DNA of 64,000 bases from an uncultured Poribacteria bacterium (GTDB taxonomy: Bacteria > Poribacteria > WGA-4E > WGA-3G): assembly GCA_951813565.1 (NCBI GenBank), contig OX638351.1:1440001-1504000 (forward strand). Reading direction: 5' to 3'. Each line of letters starts with the position of its first letter. The first letter of the stretch is position 1. A model generated the notes under the pieces. It was not told the DNA's origin, searched no databases, and was given only the letters and a program-made list of their open reading frames with translations. The translations under genes were made by a program, and so were the position numbers. Positions 40,696 through 50,207 of the stretch are shown piece by piece.

Positions 40696-40753
40696 AACCC
40701 TCCATCTCATTTATGAGATCACTTGTAGACACCTCAATCCTCCCACTTTTTGG

Positions 40754-40782
40754 TTGACACCATCCCCGTTTTGTTATAAAAT
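40754..40782 (+). promoter_or_regulatory. Putative sigma70 promoter of sppA
   Basis: TTGACA-N17-TAAAAT. Confidence 0.6.
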
Positions 40783-40836
40783 AGAAACAAAAAACCGTAG
40801 CGGCGGTGCCATCATGCCCGTCCATAAGGAGACAAA

Positions 40837-42654
40837 ATGAAAACATTAAGGACCTTTTGGCAGACAGTCATACCGTTACTCCTAATCATCTCTTCTATAT
40901 TGCCATTATCTGCTGAAGAACAAACCGAAGAAGAGACAGTACCTCTCGTTAAAAAATACGTTGAATTCACACTGAGTGGCACCTACACCGATACAAAAGA
41001 GATTAGTTTATTTGGAACTTCTTCAACAAAGACATTGCGCGGACTCTTCAAGAAACTTGATGCTCTTAAAAACGATGATGATGTGGCTGGTGTAATCTTC
41101 AATATCCGAAATATTGGAATAGGATGGGCAAGTCTTCAGGAACTCAGAGATAAATTAAGTGAATTCAGTGAAACTGAAAAAGAAATGATCGGCTATCTTG
41201 AAAGCGGTGGCAATGTCCAATATCTCCTTGCTACTGCAATGGACCGCATTGTGCTAATGCCAACTGGAAGTCTCAATCTAATCGGTTTACGCGCAGAAAT
41301 TCTCTTCTACAAAGGGCTTCTGGAAAAACTGGACGTTGAGGCAGATATGCTCGCAATGGGACAATTCAAATCTGGTATTGAACCCCTCACACGCGACAGC
41401 ATGTCCGATGCCTTCCGTGACTCAATGACTGGTTTGCTTGATGATTTATATACGCAAATGCTGGAAAAGATTGCCGATGGTAGAGATGGGATTACCTCAG
41501 AGATTGCAGCCGAGTTGATAGACCGTGGTCCTTTCACTGCAAAGGAAGCACAGGAAGCAAAGCTCGTTGACACGCTGCAATACTATGACCAACTTTTAAA
41601 TGCAATCAATGAAACACCAAACACAGCAGTTGCTAAACAGGACGATAAAAAGAAGCGGAAAATGCCCAATATGAATAGTTTTATGGGAATGATGCAGTTG
41701 TTTAATATGTTGAATCCGCCGCAGCGTGCAAAGGCGCGTCCCGCAGATAATCAACTTGCCCTTATCTATGCAAGCGGTCCCATTTTACCCGATTTTGACT
41801 TGCCTTTTCCTACAACGTCTCTGATTACGCCGAAGACGTTAAAGAAAGCGTTTGCAAAAGCGCGCGCCGACAATGCTATTAAAGCGGTGGTGTTACGCGT
41901 GGATAGTCCGGGCGGTTCCGCAATCGCCTCCGACCTAATTTGGCGAGAGGTGATGCGCACACAACGCGAAAAACCTGTTATCGTATCTATGGCAAATTAC
42001 GCCGCCTCTGGTGGTTATTATATTTCAATGGCTGCAGGAACAATCGTAGCGCAACCCGGAACGCTTACAGGTTCAATCGGGGTCTTCGGCGGCAAACTCA
42101 ATCTGAAAGGCCTCTATAACAAGGTTGGGTTAAAAAAAGAGATTATAACGCATGGGCAAAATGCAACACTCTATTCAGATTACGGCAGCTTTACGGAGAC
42201 TGAACGCGAACGCGTTGAAAAGATGATGAAGACTATCTATGAAGATTTTGTCACGAAAGCGGCATCTGGTAGGAAGACAACTTTTGACGAAATTGATGCG
42301 GTTGCACAAGGCAGAGTCTGGACAGGAAAGCAGGCAAAAGAACTCGGTCTCGTTGATGAACTTGGCGGACTTGAGACTGCGCTTTCCATCGCTAAGAAAG
42401 AAGTGGGACTGACTGATGAAGATAAAGTTGACATCATCGTGCTACCAGAACAGAAACCTTTTTTTGAACAAGTTTTAGAGAGCATGCTTGAAGAAGAGGT
42501 GGGAATCTCAGCACCATTGCCTTTACAGTTAGCACAACAGCACCCTGCTATCCATAAGCTAAGCACACAATGGCATCGGATAGTAACATGGTTAACCCTA
42601 TTTGAAAAAGAACGAGTGGTCACTGCCTTACCTTATGACATTTTAATTCGGTGA
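40837..42654 (+). CDS. sppA: Signal peptide peptidase SppA (67K type, S49)
   Basis: LRVDSPGGSA, AASGGYY, TGSIGV, QGRVWTG, LGLVDELGG; duplicated S49 domain. Confidence 0.92.
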   Translation: MKTLRTFWQTVIPLLLIISSILPLSAEEQTEEETVPLVKKYVEFTLSGTYTDTKEISLFGTSSTKTLRGLFKKLDALKNDDDVAGVIFNIRNIGIGWASLQELRDKLSEFSETEKEMIGYLESGGNVQYLLATAMDRIVLMPTGSLNLIGLRAEILFYKGLLEKLDVEADMLAMGQFKSGIEPLTRDSMSDAFRDSMTGLLDDLYTQMLEKIADGRDGITSEIAAELIDRGPFTAKEAQEAKLVDTLQYYDQLLNAINETPNTAVAKQDDKKKRKMPNMNSFMGMMQLFNMLNPPQRAKARPADNQLALIYASGPILPDFDLPFPTTSLITPKTLKKAFAKARADNAIKAVVLRVDSPGGSAIASDLIWREVMRTQREKPVIVSMANYAASGGYYISMAAGTIVAQPGTLTGSIGVFGGKLNLKGLYNKVGLKKEIITHGQNATLYSDYGSFTETERERVEKMMKTIYEDFVTKAASGRKTTFDEIDAVAQGRVWTGKQAKELGLVDELGGLETALSIAKKEVGLTDEDKVDIIVLPEQKPFFEQVLESMLEEEVGISAPLPLQLAQQHPAIHKLSTQWHRIVTWLTLFEKERVVTALPYDILIR

Positions 42655-42658
42655 TTTT

Positions 42659-43462
42659 ATGAAAAACAATGACTTCCAAGTTGATTTAACTGATGAACAG
42701 GTTGCCTTTTTTCAAGAGAACGGATATCTGAGCATTCCGCGGATTACAACAGATGAAGAGATTGAATGGCTCAAGGGCATTTACGATGAACTCTTCACTG
42801 AACGCACAGGTGAGGAGCAGGGACGCTATTTTGATTTGGCAGGTCCCCGGGCACATACTGGACAAGAGACACTGCCGCAAGTATTAGGTCCAGAAGCACA
42901 ATTTCCTGAACTCCGCGAATCTGTCTATTTCCAAAATGCACAACGACTCGCGGCAAAGCTGCTCAGTGTTGAAAAAGAAAAGGTTGGCGGTGGTGGACAC
43001 ATGATTTTGAAGCCTGCACACTACGGCAACGAAACACCGTGGCATCAGGACGAGGCATATTGGAATCCGGAAGTCTTGCCGCATAGTTTAAGCGTATGGC
43101 TTCCGCTTGACAAAGCAACGCTTGAAAGTGGATGTCTTCATTTTATTCCGAAGTCTCACAAAGGCGAAGTACGTTGGCATCGGCATATTAACGATGATCC
43201 GCTTGTGCATGGCTTGGTAACCGATGATGTTGATGTCTCGGAAGCAGTTGCATGTCCGATACCAGCAGGCGGTGCTACGTTCCATCACTGTCGGACTTTA
43301 CACTATTCTGCGCCGAACAGCACTGCACAAGAACGTAGGGCATATATTCTTGTCTTCAGCGGTCCACCACAAAAATTGGATAACCCGGCAGAACGTCCGT
43401 GGATAAAAGAGGAGCAGGAGGCACTCGCAAAACTAAAATCGTTAGCAGCAGATAGGGAATAG
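42659..43462 (+). CDS. Phytanoyl-CoA dioxygenase (PhyH) family protein
   Basis: TPWHQD, NGYL, GCLHFIPKSH, LHYSAPN..RRA. Confidence 0.92.
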   Translation: MKNNDFQVDLTDEQVAFFQENGYLSIPRITTDEEIEWLKGIYDELFTERTGEEQGRYFDLAGPRAHTGQETLPQVLGPEAQFPELRESVYFQNAQRLAAKLLSVEKEKVGGGGHMILKPAHYGNETPWHQDEAYWNPEVLPHSLSVWLPLDKATLESGCLHFIPKSHKGEVRWHRHINDDPLVHGLVTDDVDVSEAVACPIPAGGATFHHCRTLHYSAPNSTAQERRAYILVFSGPPQKLDNPAERPWIKEEQEALAKLKSLAADRE

Positions 43463-43506
43463 TAATTACATATTATAAAGTAGCAGGCACACTGAATTAA
43501 TCAACA

Positions 43507-43845
43507 ATGCGTGATGTACAAACACGAGAGATACAATATTACCGAACTTCAGATGGGCAAAGACCTTTTATAGAATGGTTGGAATCAATCTGAAATACGA
43601 ACACACAAGCTCGAATCCAGGCTCGACTTGAACGGCTTGAAGATGGCAATTTTGGCGACTGTCAATCTGTTGGTGATGGTGTATTTGAGTTACGGATCCA
43701 TTTTGGAGCAGGTTATCGAATCTATTTTGGACAAGTAGGGAACACAATCGTTCTTTTATTATGTGGTGGAGACAAATCATCACAAACGCGTGATATTGAA
43801 CGGGCAAAAATATATTGGCAAGAATATAAGGAGGCACATCAGTGA
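43507..43845 (+). pseudogene. RelE/HigB-family toxin, nonsense-inactivated copy
   Basis: Near-identical to 45603-45941 but codon 29 CGA has become TGA (43591-43593). Confidence 0.85.
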
Positions 43846-44222
43846 GAAAAATGGGAATGTGGCGCGAGTACCTTATTGAAAAACTTGCTGACAGAGAAAG
43901 CGCAATTAACTATCTCCAAGCTATCCTTGAAGACTATCAAATTTTTGAGGATTCGACAGTCGTTCTAAGATCTCTCCATACCGTTGTTGAAGCGCAGGGT
44001 GGTGTTTCGGAACTGGCAAAGCAGACAGATATGGACCCACAAGTGCTTTCGAAAGTCCTATCTAATGAAGGGACACCTTTGATTGATGTTCTTACAGTTG
44101 TCCTTAAATCGCTTGGCTATCAACTTTCGATCCAACCGATAGACCCTGAAAACCTAAACTTTGAAGCGTTCGCTGATGTGTTAGAGACACAAAACACATC
44201 GACACAGATAGCAGAAAATTAG
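43842..44222 (+). CDS. HTH addiction-module antitoxin (copy 1)
   Basis: [29 protein letters not shown]; overlaps the toxin end (GTGA). Confidence 0.85.
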   Translation: MRKMGMWREYLIEKLADRESAINYLQAILEDYQIFEDSTVVLRSLHTVVEAQGGVSELAKQTDMDPQVLSKVLSNEGTPLIDVLTVVLKSLGYQLSIQPIDPENLNFEAFADVLETQNTSTQIAEN

Positions 44223-44258
44223 TTACATGCAAAAGGAACATGAGAAAAACCCGCGCAC

Positions 44259-44327
44259 CGTCCGTGGATAAAAGAGGAGCAGGAGGCACTCGCAAAACTA
44301 AAATCGTTAGCAGCAGATAGGGAATAG
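44259..44327 (+). repeat. Duplicated phyH 3' end (copy 2 of 4)
   Basis: Identical to 43394-43462; further diverged copies at 45491-45558 and 46354-46422. Confidence 0.9.
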
Positions 44328-44926
44328 CACAAACGAGCATTCTTGTAGGAGGGCTTTCTAAGCCCGATTTACAAGACGCAGCGTTCGTAGTCGCGCAATT
44401 CATTGCGTCTCTTACATTGTGTCAAAATACATTCTTGTAGGAGGGGTTTTCAACCCCGATTTCCTTCTTGTCCGAGCGAGTTCCAACTCGCGACCTTTAG
44501 ACTAAACGGCTTAACAAACGAAAAATTGAATGCCGCTGATAAATTTTTACTTGACAAACACTATTTGCTTATGTAATAATTAATATTACAATAAATTTTT
44601 AAGTGATGAGATGCCCCAATTATGTCAACATTTCAAAATACCAACATTCAGAGGACTATTGAAAACATCACCGAAATGCCACAAAAAATAGGAATTCCGA
44701 CAGAATATCAAAAGTTACCAAAAATAAAAAAAACTAAAATTAATAATTCTCCAAAAAACACCTATAAACCCAGTCAAATACTGGATTTAAAGCAATATTC
44801 AAAAAGTTACCACGGTATGAAAAAAGTTACCAAATGGTAACTTTTCCATGCAAATAATCCTGTGAAATTATACCATTTCTGATATTAACTCTTTTCTTCT
44901 TTTGTTAATAATCGTTCTGGTGAGAG

Positions 44927-45421
44927 GTGGTACAAATGAATTTCTCAAACCTGCTTGAAAAATGGGGAATGGCATCTTTGGAAATCACGCCTCTTTTTCT
45001 GCAAATGGAGTGGACTCCAAAGGATGCGGATAAAAATGCCGCTTGGGCACTCTATATCGAATTGCTTACACGGATTACGACACAACCATTGCCCGTCGAA
45101 CACGGTGATGAAAAAACAGCTTTGGATAGTGTGTATTCACTGTTCGAAACGACAAGAGAAGTTATCAGAGAACATGGACCGGAGTGTATTAACTTTACAA
45201 AAATCGCAATTGTTGTTCTTAACCAAGTGATCCGTCCTTTTACCGCAAAGTGGCACCGAAAAAGTATAGCAGGAGACTTTGAGGACGAAACAGAACGCAC
45301 CGTTTTTCGAGACGAATTGGCTGCACTACAGCAGGAATTACGTAAATATTCTCAAATGTTGGCGGATATTGCTGATGTTGAAGACTTAACTAATCTTGAG
45401 GGGACAGAGGACACTGCGTAA
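44927..45421 (+). CDS. Hypothetical all-alpha protein
   Basis: Protein-like ORF (AAWALYIELLTRITTQPL..ALDSVYSLF..LNQVIRPFTAKWH); function not recognised. Confidence 0.7.
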   Translation: MVQMNFSNLLEKWGMASLEITPLFLQMEWTPKDADKNAAWALYIELLTRITTQPLPVEHGDEKTALDSVYSLFETTREVIREHGPECINFTKIAIVVLNQVIRPFTAKWHRKSIAGDFEDETERTVFRDELAALQQELRKYSQMLADIADVEDLTNLEGTEDTA

Positions 45422-45602
45422 ATGTAGTCGTTCAAAACAATTTAAGTCTTTACTCAAAAACGGTTTTGGGATTCTCCGTTTACCGCGCACCGTCCATGGC
45501 AAAAAGAGGAGCAGGAGGCACTCACAAACTTAAGTCGTTGGCGGCAGATAGGGAATAGCAATTACATATTATAAAGTAGCAGGCACACTGAATTAATCAA
45601 CA

Positions 45603-45941
45603 ATGCGTGATGTACAAACACGAGAGATACAATATTACCGAACTTCAGATGGGCAAAGACCTTTTATAGAATGGTTGGAATCAATCCGAAATACGAACAC
45701 ACAAGCTCGAATCCAGGCTCGACTTGAACGGCTTGAAGATGGTAATTTTGGCGACTGTCAATCTGTTGGTGATGGTGTATTTGAGTTACGGATCCATTTT
45801 GGAGCAGGTTATCGAATCTATTTTGGACAAGTAGGGAACACAATCGTTCTTTTATTATGTGGTGGAGACAAATCATCACAAACGCGTGATATTGAACGGG
45901 CAAAAATATATTGGCAAGAATATAAGGAGGCACATCAGTGA
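45603..45941 (+). CDS. RelE/HigB-family addiction-module toxin (intact copy)
   Basis: [42 protein letters not shown]. Confidence 0.92.
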   Translation: MRDVQTREIQYYRTSDGQRPFIEWLESIRNTNTQARIQARLERLEDGNFGDCQSVGDGVFELRIHFGAGYRIYFGQVGNTIVLLLCGGDKSSQTRDIERAKIYWQEYKEAHQ

Positions 45942-46318
45942 GAAAAATGGGAATGTGGCGCGAGTACCTTATTGAAAAACTTGCTGACAGAGAAAGCGCA
46001 ATTAACTATCTCCAAGCTATCCTTGAAGACTATCAAATTTTTGAGGATTCGACAGTCGTTCTAAGATCTCTCCATACCGTTGTTGAAGCGCAGGGTGGTG
46101 TTTCTGAACTGGCAAAGCAGACAGATATGGACCCACAAGTGCTTTCGAAAGTCCTATCTAATGAAGGGACACCTTTGATTGATGTTCTTACAGTTGTCCT
46201 TAAAGCACTGGGCTATCAACTTTCGATCCAACCGATAGACCCTGAAAACCTAAACCTTGAAGCGTTCGCTGATGTGTTAGAGACACAAAACACATCGACA
46301 CGGATAGCAGAAAATTAG
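45938..46318 (+). CDS. HTH addiction-module antitoxin (copy 2)
   Basis: Three aa differences from copy 1; coupled to the toxin. Confidence 0.88.
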   Translation: MRKMGMWREYLIEKLADRESAINYLQAILEDYQIFEDSTVVLRSLHTVVEAQGGVSELAKQTDMDPQVLSKVLSNEGTPLIDVLTVVLKALGYQLSIQPIDPENLNLEAFADVLETQNTSTRIAEN

Positions 46319-46545
46319 TTACATGCAAAAGGAACATGAGAAAAACCGCGCACCGTCCGTGGATAAAAGAGGAGCAGGAGGCACTCGCAAAACTTAAATC
46401 GTTAGCAGCAGATAGGGTGTAGCAGCTACATATTAAAAGTAGTCGGCACACCAAAAAGGCACAGAGTATTCGCGCCTACAAACGCAACCTAACAAACTGA
46501 CAGCACGGAGACGCTAAATCCGCTTATATTTATGAAAGGAACTTT

Positions 46546-46977
46546 ATGGGAAGTGTTTATATCTTGAAGAACAAGGCAATGCCGAACTTAGTAAAAATCG
46601 GATTTACGGAGACACAAACTGCACAAGCTCGAGCAGATCAACTTTATCATGGCTATAATGATAGCGTAGGAACAGGTGTCCCGCTGCCTTTTGATGTTGT
46701 TCATGAAGAATTATGTGACAATCCAAAGGAACTTGAAACCTTGATACATCAAGAACTTGCTGAATTGCGTCCTAACAAAGATCGTGAGTTTTTCACATTT
46801 CCAGAACCATCAGAAGCGATACAAAAACTTAAAGAAGTTCATAAACGCCTGCCATCACATGCTAACTGTGTTAGTTCTGACAGTCTTTGGAGAAAGTGGA
46901 CATCACAATTTTTGACACGTTTCAGTAAACTCTCCAACAAGAGAACGCCAGCACCTAAAGAGGAGGAACAATTTTGA
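46546..46977 (+). CDS. T5orf172/GIY-YIG-like nuclease-domain protein
   Basis: GSVYIL, LVKIGFT, TGVPLPF, LETLIHQEL, REFF. Confidence 0.8.
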   Translation: MGSVYILKNKAMPNLVKIGFTETQTAQARADQLYHGYNDSVGTGVPLPFDVVHEELCDNPKELETLIHQELAELRPNKDREFFTFPEPSEAIQKLKEVHKRLPSHANCVSSDSLWRKWTSQFLTRFSKLSNKRTPAPKEEEQF

Positions 46978-48491
46978 ACGGTAAACCTCATTATAGTGCG
47001 GACAGCGGTTTTGCTTGTGCAGCTGCAGGCAGAGGAATAACAGAGGCACTACAAGAACATCTTAATGTTATTATCCGTGATGAGAATCTTGAAATCGCAT
47101 TCAACAACGATTATTATCAGGCAGAGATAGAAACTTTAGTTCAGGATAGAGATGAACTTGAGAATCGGAAGGTTCAACGACTAAATGCTATCAGCGAGGC
47201 AACTAAAGAACTTGAAACAAAGGGAATAGAATTAGCCGAGTTGAAAGTAAAAATGGAATCCCCAGTAGAAATCTTGGAAACATCGGAAGGTTCACGTATT
47301 GTGGAACTAAACGAAAAAATTGAAGAAAAGATTTCAGATATGGAATCCAAGAAAGCAGAGAAAGCCAAAATCGAAACAGATTTAGAATCACCAACCCAAG
47401 TTGAATTAGATGCTCTGACCACTGATGGAACAGTTCACCAACCCGATGCAAACTGGTTCTCTAAATTACGAAACTGGTTTTCTAATGTCTTCGCGGTGCT
47501 TCCAAAAGGTATTTTCGCTGCGTTTGCCACAGTTATTGTTATCGCACTATTTGGCTATCTCTATCTTTTCTATGTGTCTGCAGGAGAAAAAATAGTCAAA
47601 TCAAGTGATGAAATGGATTTAACTGCTCTTATTGACTACGAGGCGTTAGACAGATCATGGCAATCGAATGCTTGGTTGATTCTTATGTTTCCTTCTATAT
47701 TCATCTTCCTTGCAATTGCAACCCATCTAAGTATGGAATCTGAGAAATGGACAAAATGGTTATATTTTGGTGGTTTTTTGGTAGCCACCTTCTTGATTGA
47801 AGGAATAATTGGATGGCGGATTGCACATAACATAATTGAGGCACAGAAAGCAGCATCAACAAACGGACAGAATCAAGATAGTTTCAGACTACTATTCTTA
47901 CTTTTTCTTTTCTTAGGTTTTGGTCCTTCAGTCCTGTTAGGTTTAGGCTTACAGTGGATATTAGGATTATGGGAAAACATCCGCCCACAACATGACAAGT
48001 CTAAGCAGGTGGAAATGCAGATTAGATCAGAAAAGAATGAAAAACTGGTTGAATTATCTGTTTTAAACACTGAAATCCAAAATTTAGAAGAAGGTTTGAG
48101 TCGACTTCATGAAGACAAACAAGACTATTCAGAATCACTTATGAAAACATATAGGCATCCGATTGAAACCCAAATTGCTGGCTTAGATACTGAAATTCAA
48201 AGTATTCAAGACAAAATTCAATTGCTTAACGAGCAGGTTGACAGCCTTCAAATGGAAATTGATCGTTGTGAAGCCGAGATTAGCACACACTTAAAAGGGC
48301 AACGTGAAAGAGTTCTTGACATAAAAAAGATGGAAGCACAAGCTAATGAATTCGTGACGGGATGGTGTCGGTATGTAGCACAATGTAGAACCGATCTTCA
48401 ACCCCAGGAAATCTCAAGTCAAATCACCGATATCCAAGAACTTGCCAAGCAGACACTTGAGAATTTCAAAACAACTCTTAAAACAGTTTAG
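46974..48491 (+). CDS. Coiled-coil protein with central 4-TM bundle
   Basis: Long heptad regions flank four hydrophobic helices; start overlaps the upstream stop (TTGA). Confidence 0.75.
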   Translation: MNGKPHYSADSGFACAAAGRGITEALQEHLNVIIRDENLEIAFNNDYYQAEIETLVQDRDELENRKVQRLNAISEATKELETKGIELAELKVKMESPVEILETSEGSRIVELNEKIEEKISDMESKKAEKAKIETDLESPTQVELDALTTDGTVHQPDANWFSKLRNWFSNVFAVLPKGIFAAFATVIVIALFGYLYLFYVSAGEKIVKSSDEMDLTALIDYEALDRSWQSNAWLILMFPSIFIFLAIATHLSMESEKWTKWLYFGGFLVATFLIEGIIGWRIAHNIIEAQKAASTNGQNQDSFRLLFLLFLFLGFGPSVLLGLGLQWILGLWENIRPQHDKSKQVEMQIRSEKNEKLVELSVLNTEIQNLEEGLSRLHEDKQDYSESLMKTYRHPIETQIAGLDTEIQSIQDKIQLLNEQVDSLQMEIDRCEAEISTHLKGQRERVLDIKKMEAQANEFVTGWCRYVAQCRTDLQPQEISSQITDIQELAKQTLENFKTTLKTV

Positions 48492-48501
48492 AGGTTTTTA
48501 T

Positions 48502-49371
48502 ATGAAAAGAATTAATGTTGTTGTAGTAATGTATATTCTATTTCTTATTTTACTAAATGTTAGTCATTCGGATAGTAAGGTATCAGATGCTCCCGTAAAT
48601 ATCATCGTTATTATTGATACGTCGGATCGTATTTCCAAAGAAAAACATCCCGACCAAAGAGAAAGAGACATTGACATTCTAAAAGAGATTGTTGATCAGT
48701 TTTATAAACTTGTTGAACCCACCATCATGAAAGGTGGCACAATTAAAACTCCACATAGTCTTACTTTTGTAGTTCCACCTCAACTCAAAACACAGAAGCC
48801 CCCGAATGAAATTATAAATATGTTGACAATTGAGGCACCAAAGAAACGTAGCGAAAATCCTGGATTCCAAAAAAAGAAGGTGGAATTAATTGATGCTATT
48901 TCCGAGTTATACGACCATGTTCAACAGAACCCACAAACCGGATCAGATATTTGGGATTGGTTTAGGTCTCAAGCCAAGCCATCCTTTTCGAAAAACCACC
49001 AGAACCTGGTAATCTGTCTTTCTGATGGCTACCTCAACTTTGATATTGACATTGAAGCGGAGCGTCCCAAAGGAACATGTATGAGGATTGGTGCAGTGCG
49101 TGATGATCCAGAAGCGGTCAACAAAATAAAAAATGGAAGTGAGGGGTTATTACCAGTAGCAAACTTCAGTGATTTCAATACAAAATTCTTGATGCTTGAA
49201 ATACGACTACGCGAAAAAAACGGAGTGAAGTATTTCCAAGATTTTGGCATTATTCAAGCGTATTGGGAGACATGGTTAAATGCTATGGGCATTAAGGACA
49301 TTAAACTTTTTGAACAACTGGGCACAGGAGGTTTGAAAAATATGATTGAAAACTTCATTCAATCAAAATAG
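48502..49371 (+). CDS. Exported vWA-like protein
   Basis: Signal peptide; NIIVIIDTSDRI (MIDAS-like), GSDIW, LVICLSDG. Confidence 0.65.
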   Translation: MKRINVVVVMYILFLILLNVSHSDSKVSDAPVNIIVIIDTSDRISKEKHPDQRERDIDILKEIVDQFYKLVEPTIMKGGTIKTPHSLTFVVPPQLKTQKPPNEIINMLTIEAPKKRSENPGFQKKKVELIDAISELYDHVQQNPQTGSDIWDWFRSQAKPSFSKNHQNLVICLSDGYLNFDIDIEAERPKGTCMRIGAVRDDPEAVNKIKNGSEGLLPVANFSDFNTKFLMLEIRLREKNGVKYFQDFGIIQAYWETWLNAMGIKDIKLFEQLGTGGLKNMIENFIQSK

Positions 49372-49548
49372 TTAACACCTTGCTCAGTGGAGGCATTTAC
49401 AAATATCCGTTACAAAATACGTTTCACTACACGCACTGCGGTAAGACACTAAATCCCAGCACTTACAAAATTTCGTAGGTCGGTAGATCATAAGCGAAAT
49501 CCAACCTACGCGCTGCTTTGCAATCAATTTAAAGAAGGTTCCTAAACA

Positions 49549-49662
49549 ATGAATATCTTCTGTACAGGCATCAGTTGTTCAGGACGCAAAAAATTAATCA
49601 AAGATTTTGAAGCACGCTGCGTCCAAAGAGAACTGAACATCGGCTTTTTTCAATCTCTTTGA
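49549..49662 (+). pseudogene. Duplicated 5' fragment of the downstream kinase-like gene
   Basis: MNIFCTGISCSGRKKLIKDFEARCVQRELNIGFF then stop; matches the start of the 50208 gene. Confidence 0.8.
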
Positions 49663-49883
49663 TGTTGTTTCACAGCAATATGTTTGTCAATCAGTTCAAG
49701 CACGGCGGGTACCAATTCTGTAGGAATCGCCATCAACGTGCTGGACTCATCCTGAAATGCAGCCTCATCTTCAGCAACAGCTTCATCCTCTGTTTGTTGT
49801 TCGTAATGTGCAATGACACTTTGTACGCGCGCTTCATCCCACCCAGGCGGAAATTTATTCTGCGTTATCCTCTGTTTCTCCAT
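49650..49883 (-). CDS. Small acidic protein, possible orphan antitoxin
   Basis: FPPGWDEARVQSVIAHYEQQTEDEAVAEDEAA..IPTELVPAV; antitoxin role inferred from family resemblance only. Confidence 0.55.
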   Translation of the reverse strand: MEKQRITQNKFPPGWDEARVQSVIAHYEQQTEDEAVAEDEAAFQDESSTLMAIPTELVPAVLELIDKHIAVKQHQRD

Positions 49884-50001
49884 CGTCGGTATACCATTTT
49901 CTGGATTGTGATAAAAACGAATGTTCTTTATACTTCTGTCTCTCTAAAATTATAACGGACATCAAGTCCAAATCGCAAATCGTTTTGATATACAAATTCC
50001 T

Positions 50002-50122
50002 CAGATCCATTCAATTTTCCAATAATTTCTTTCTTACCCTAAAACCTCTTCCTGTAGGAGCGAGCTCCAGCTCGCGACCTTTAGACTAAGACGGGTAATA
50101 AACCGACAATTGAATGCCTCTG
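50002..50122. mobile_element. REP-carrying MITE (copy 2) with perfect 10-bp TSD
   Basis: TIR CAGATCCATTCAATT / AATTGAATGCCTCTG; ACAAATTCCT at 49992-50001 and 50123-50132. Confidence 0.8.
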
Positions 50123-50207
50123 ACAAATTCCTTGAATTCACACAACACTCGTGGTATACTCCATAGTATATAAGCAGAGTTTCAGAATAAGTGAAGGTTA
50201 CGAAACA

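Noticed and set aside
43591..43593. Selenocysteine or recoded TGA in the toxin
   Set aside because: The paralog has Arg (CGA) here, so a simple C>T transition explains it; TGA is used as a normal stop throughout the window.
44622..44840. 72-aa Lys/Asn-rich ORF
   Set aside because: Low-complexity AT-rich sequence with no clear RBS or recognisable motif.
43394..46422. Integron cassette array
   Set aside because: The repeats are coding-derived direct repeats without attC palindromic structure, and no integrase is in the window.
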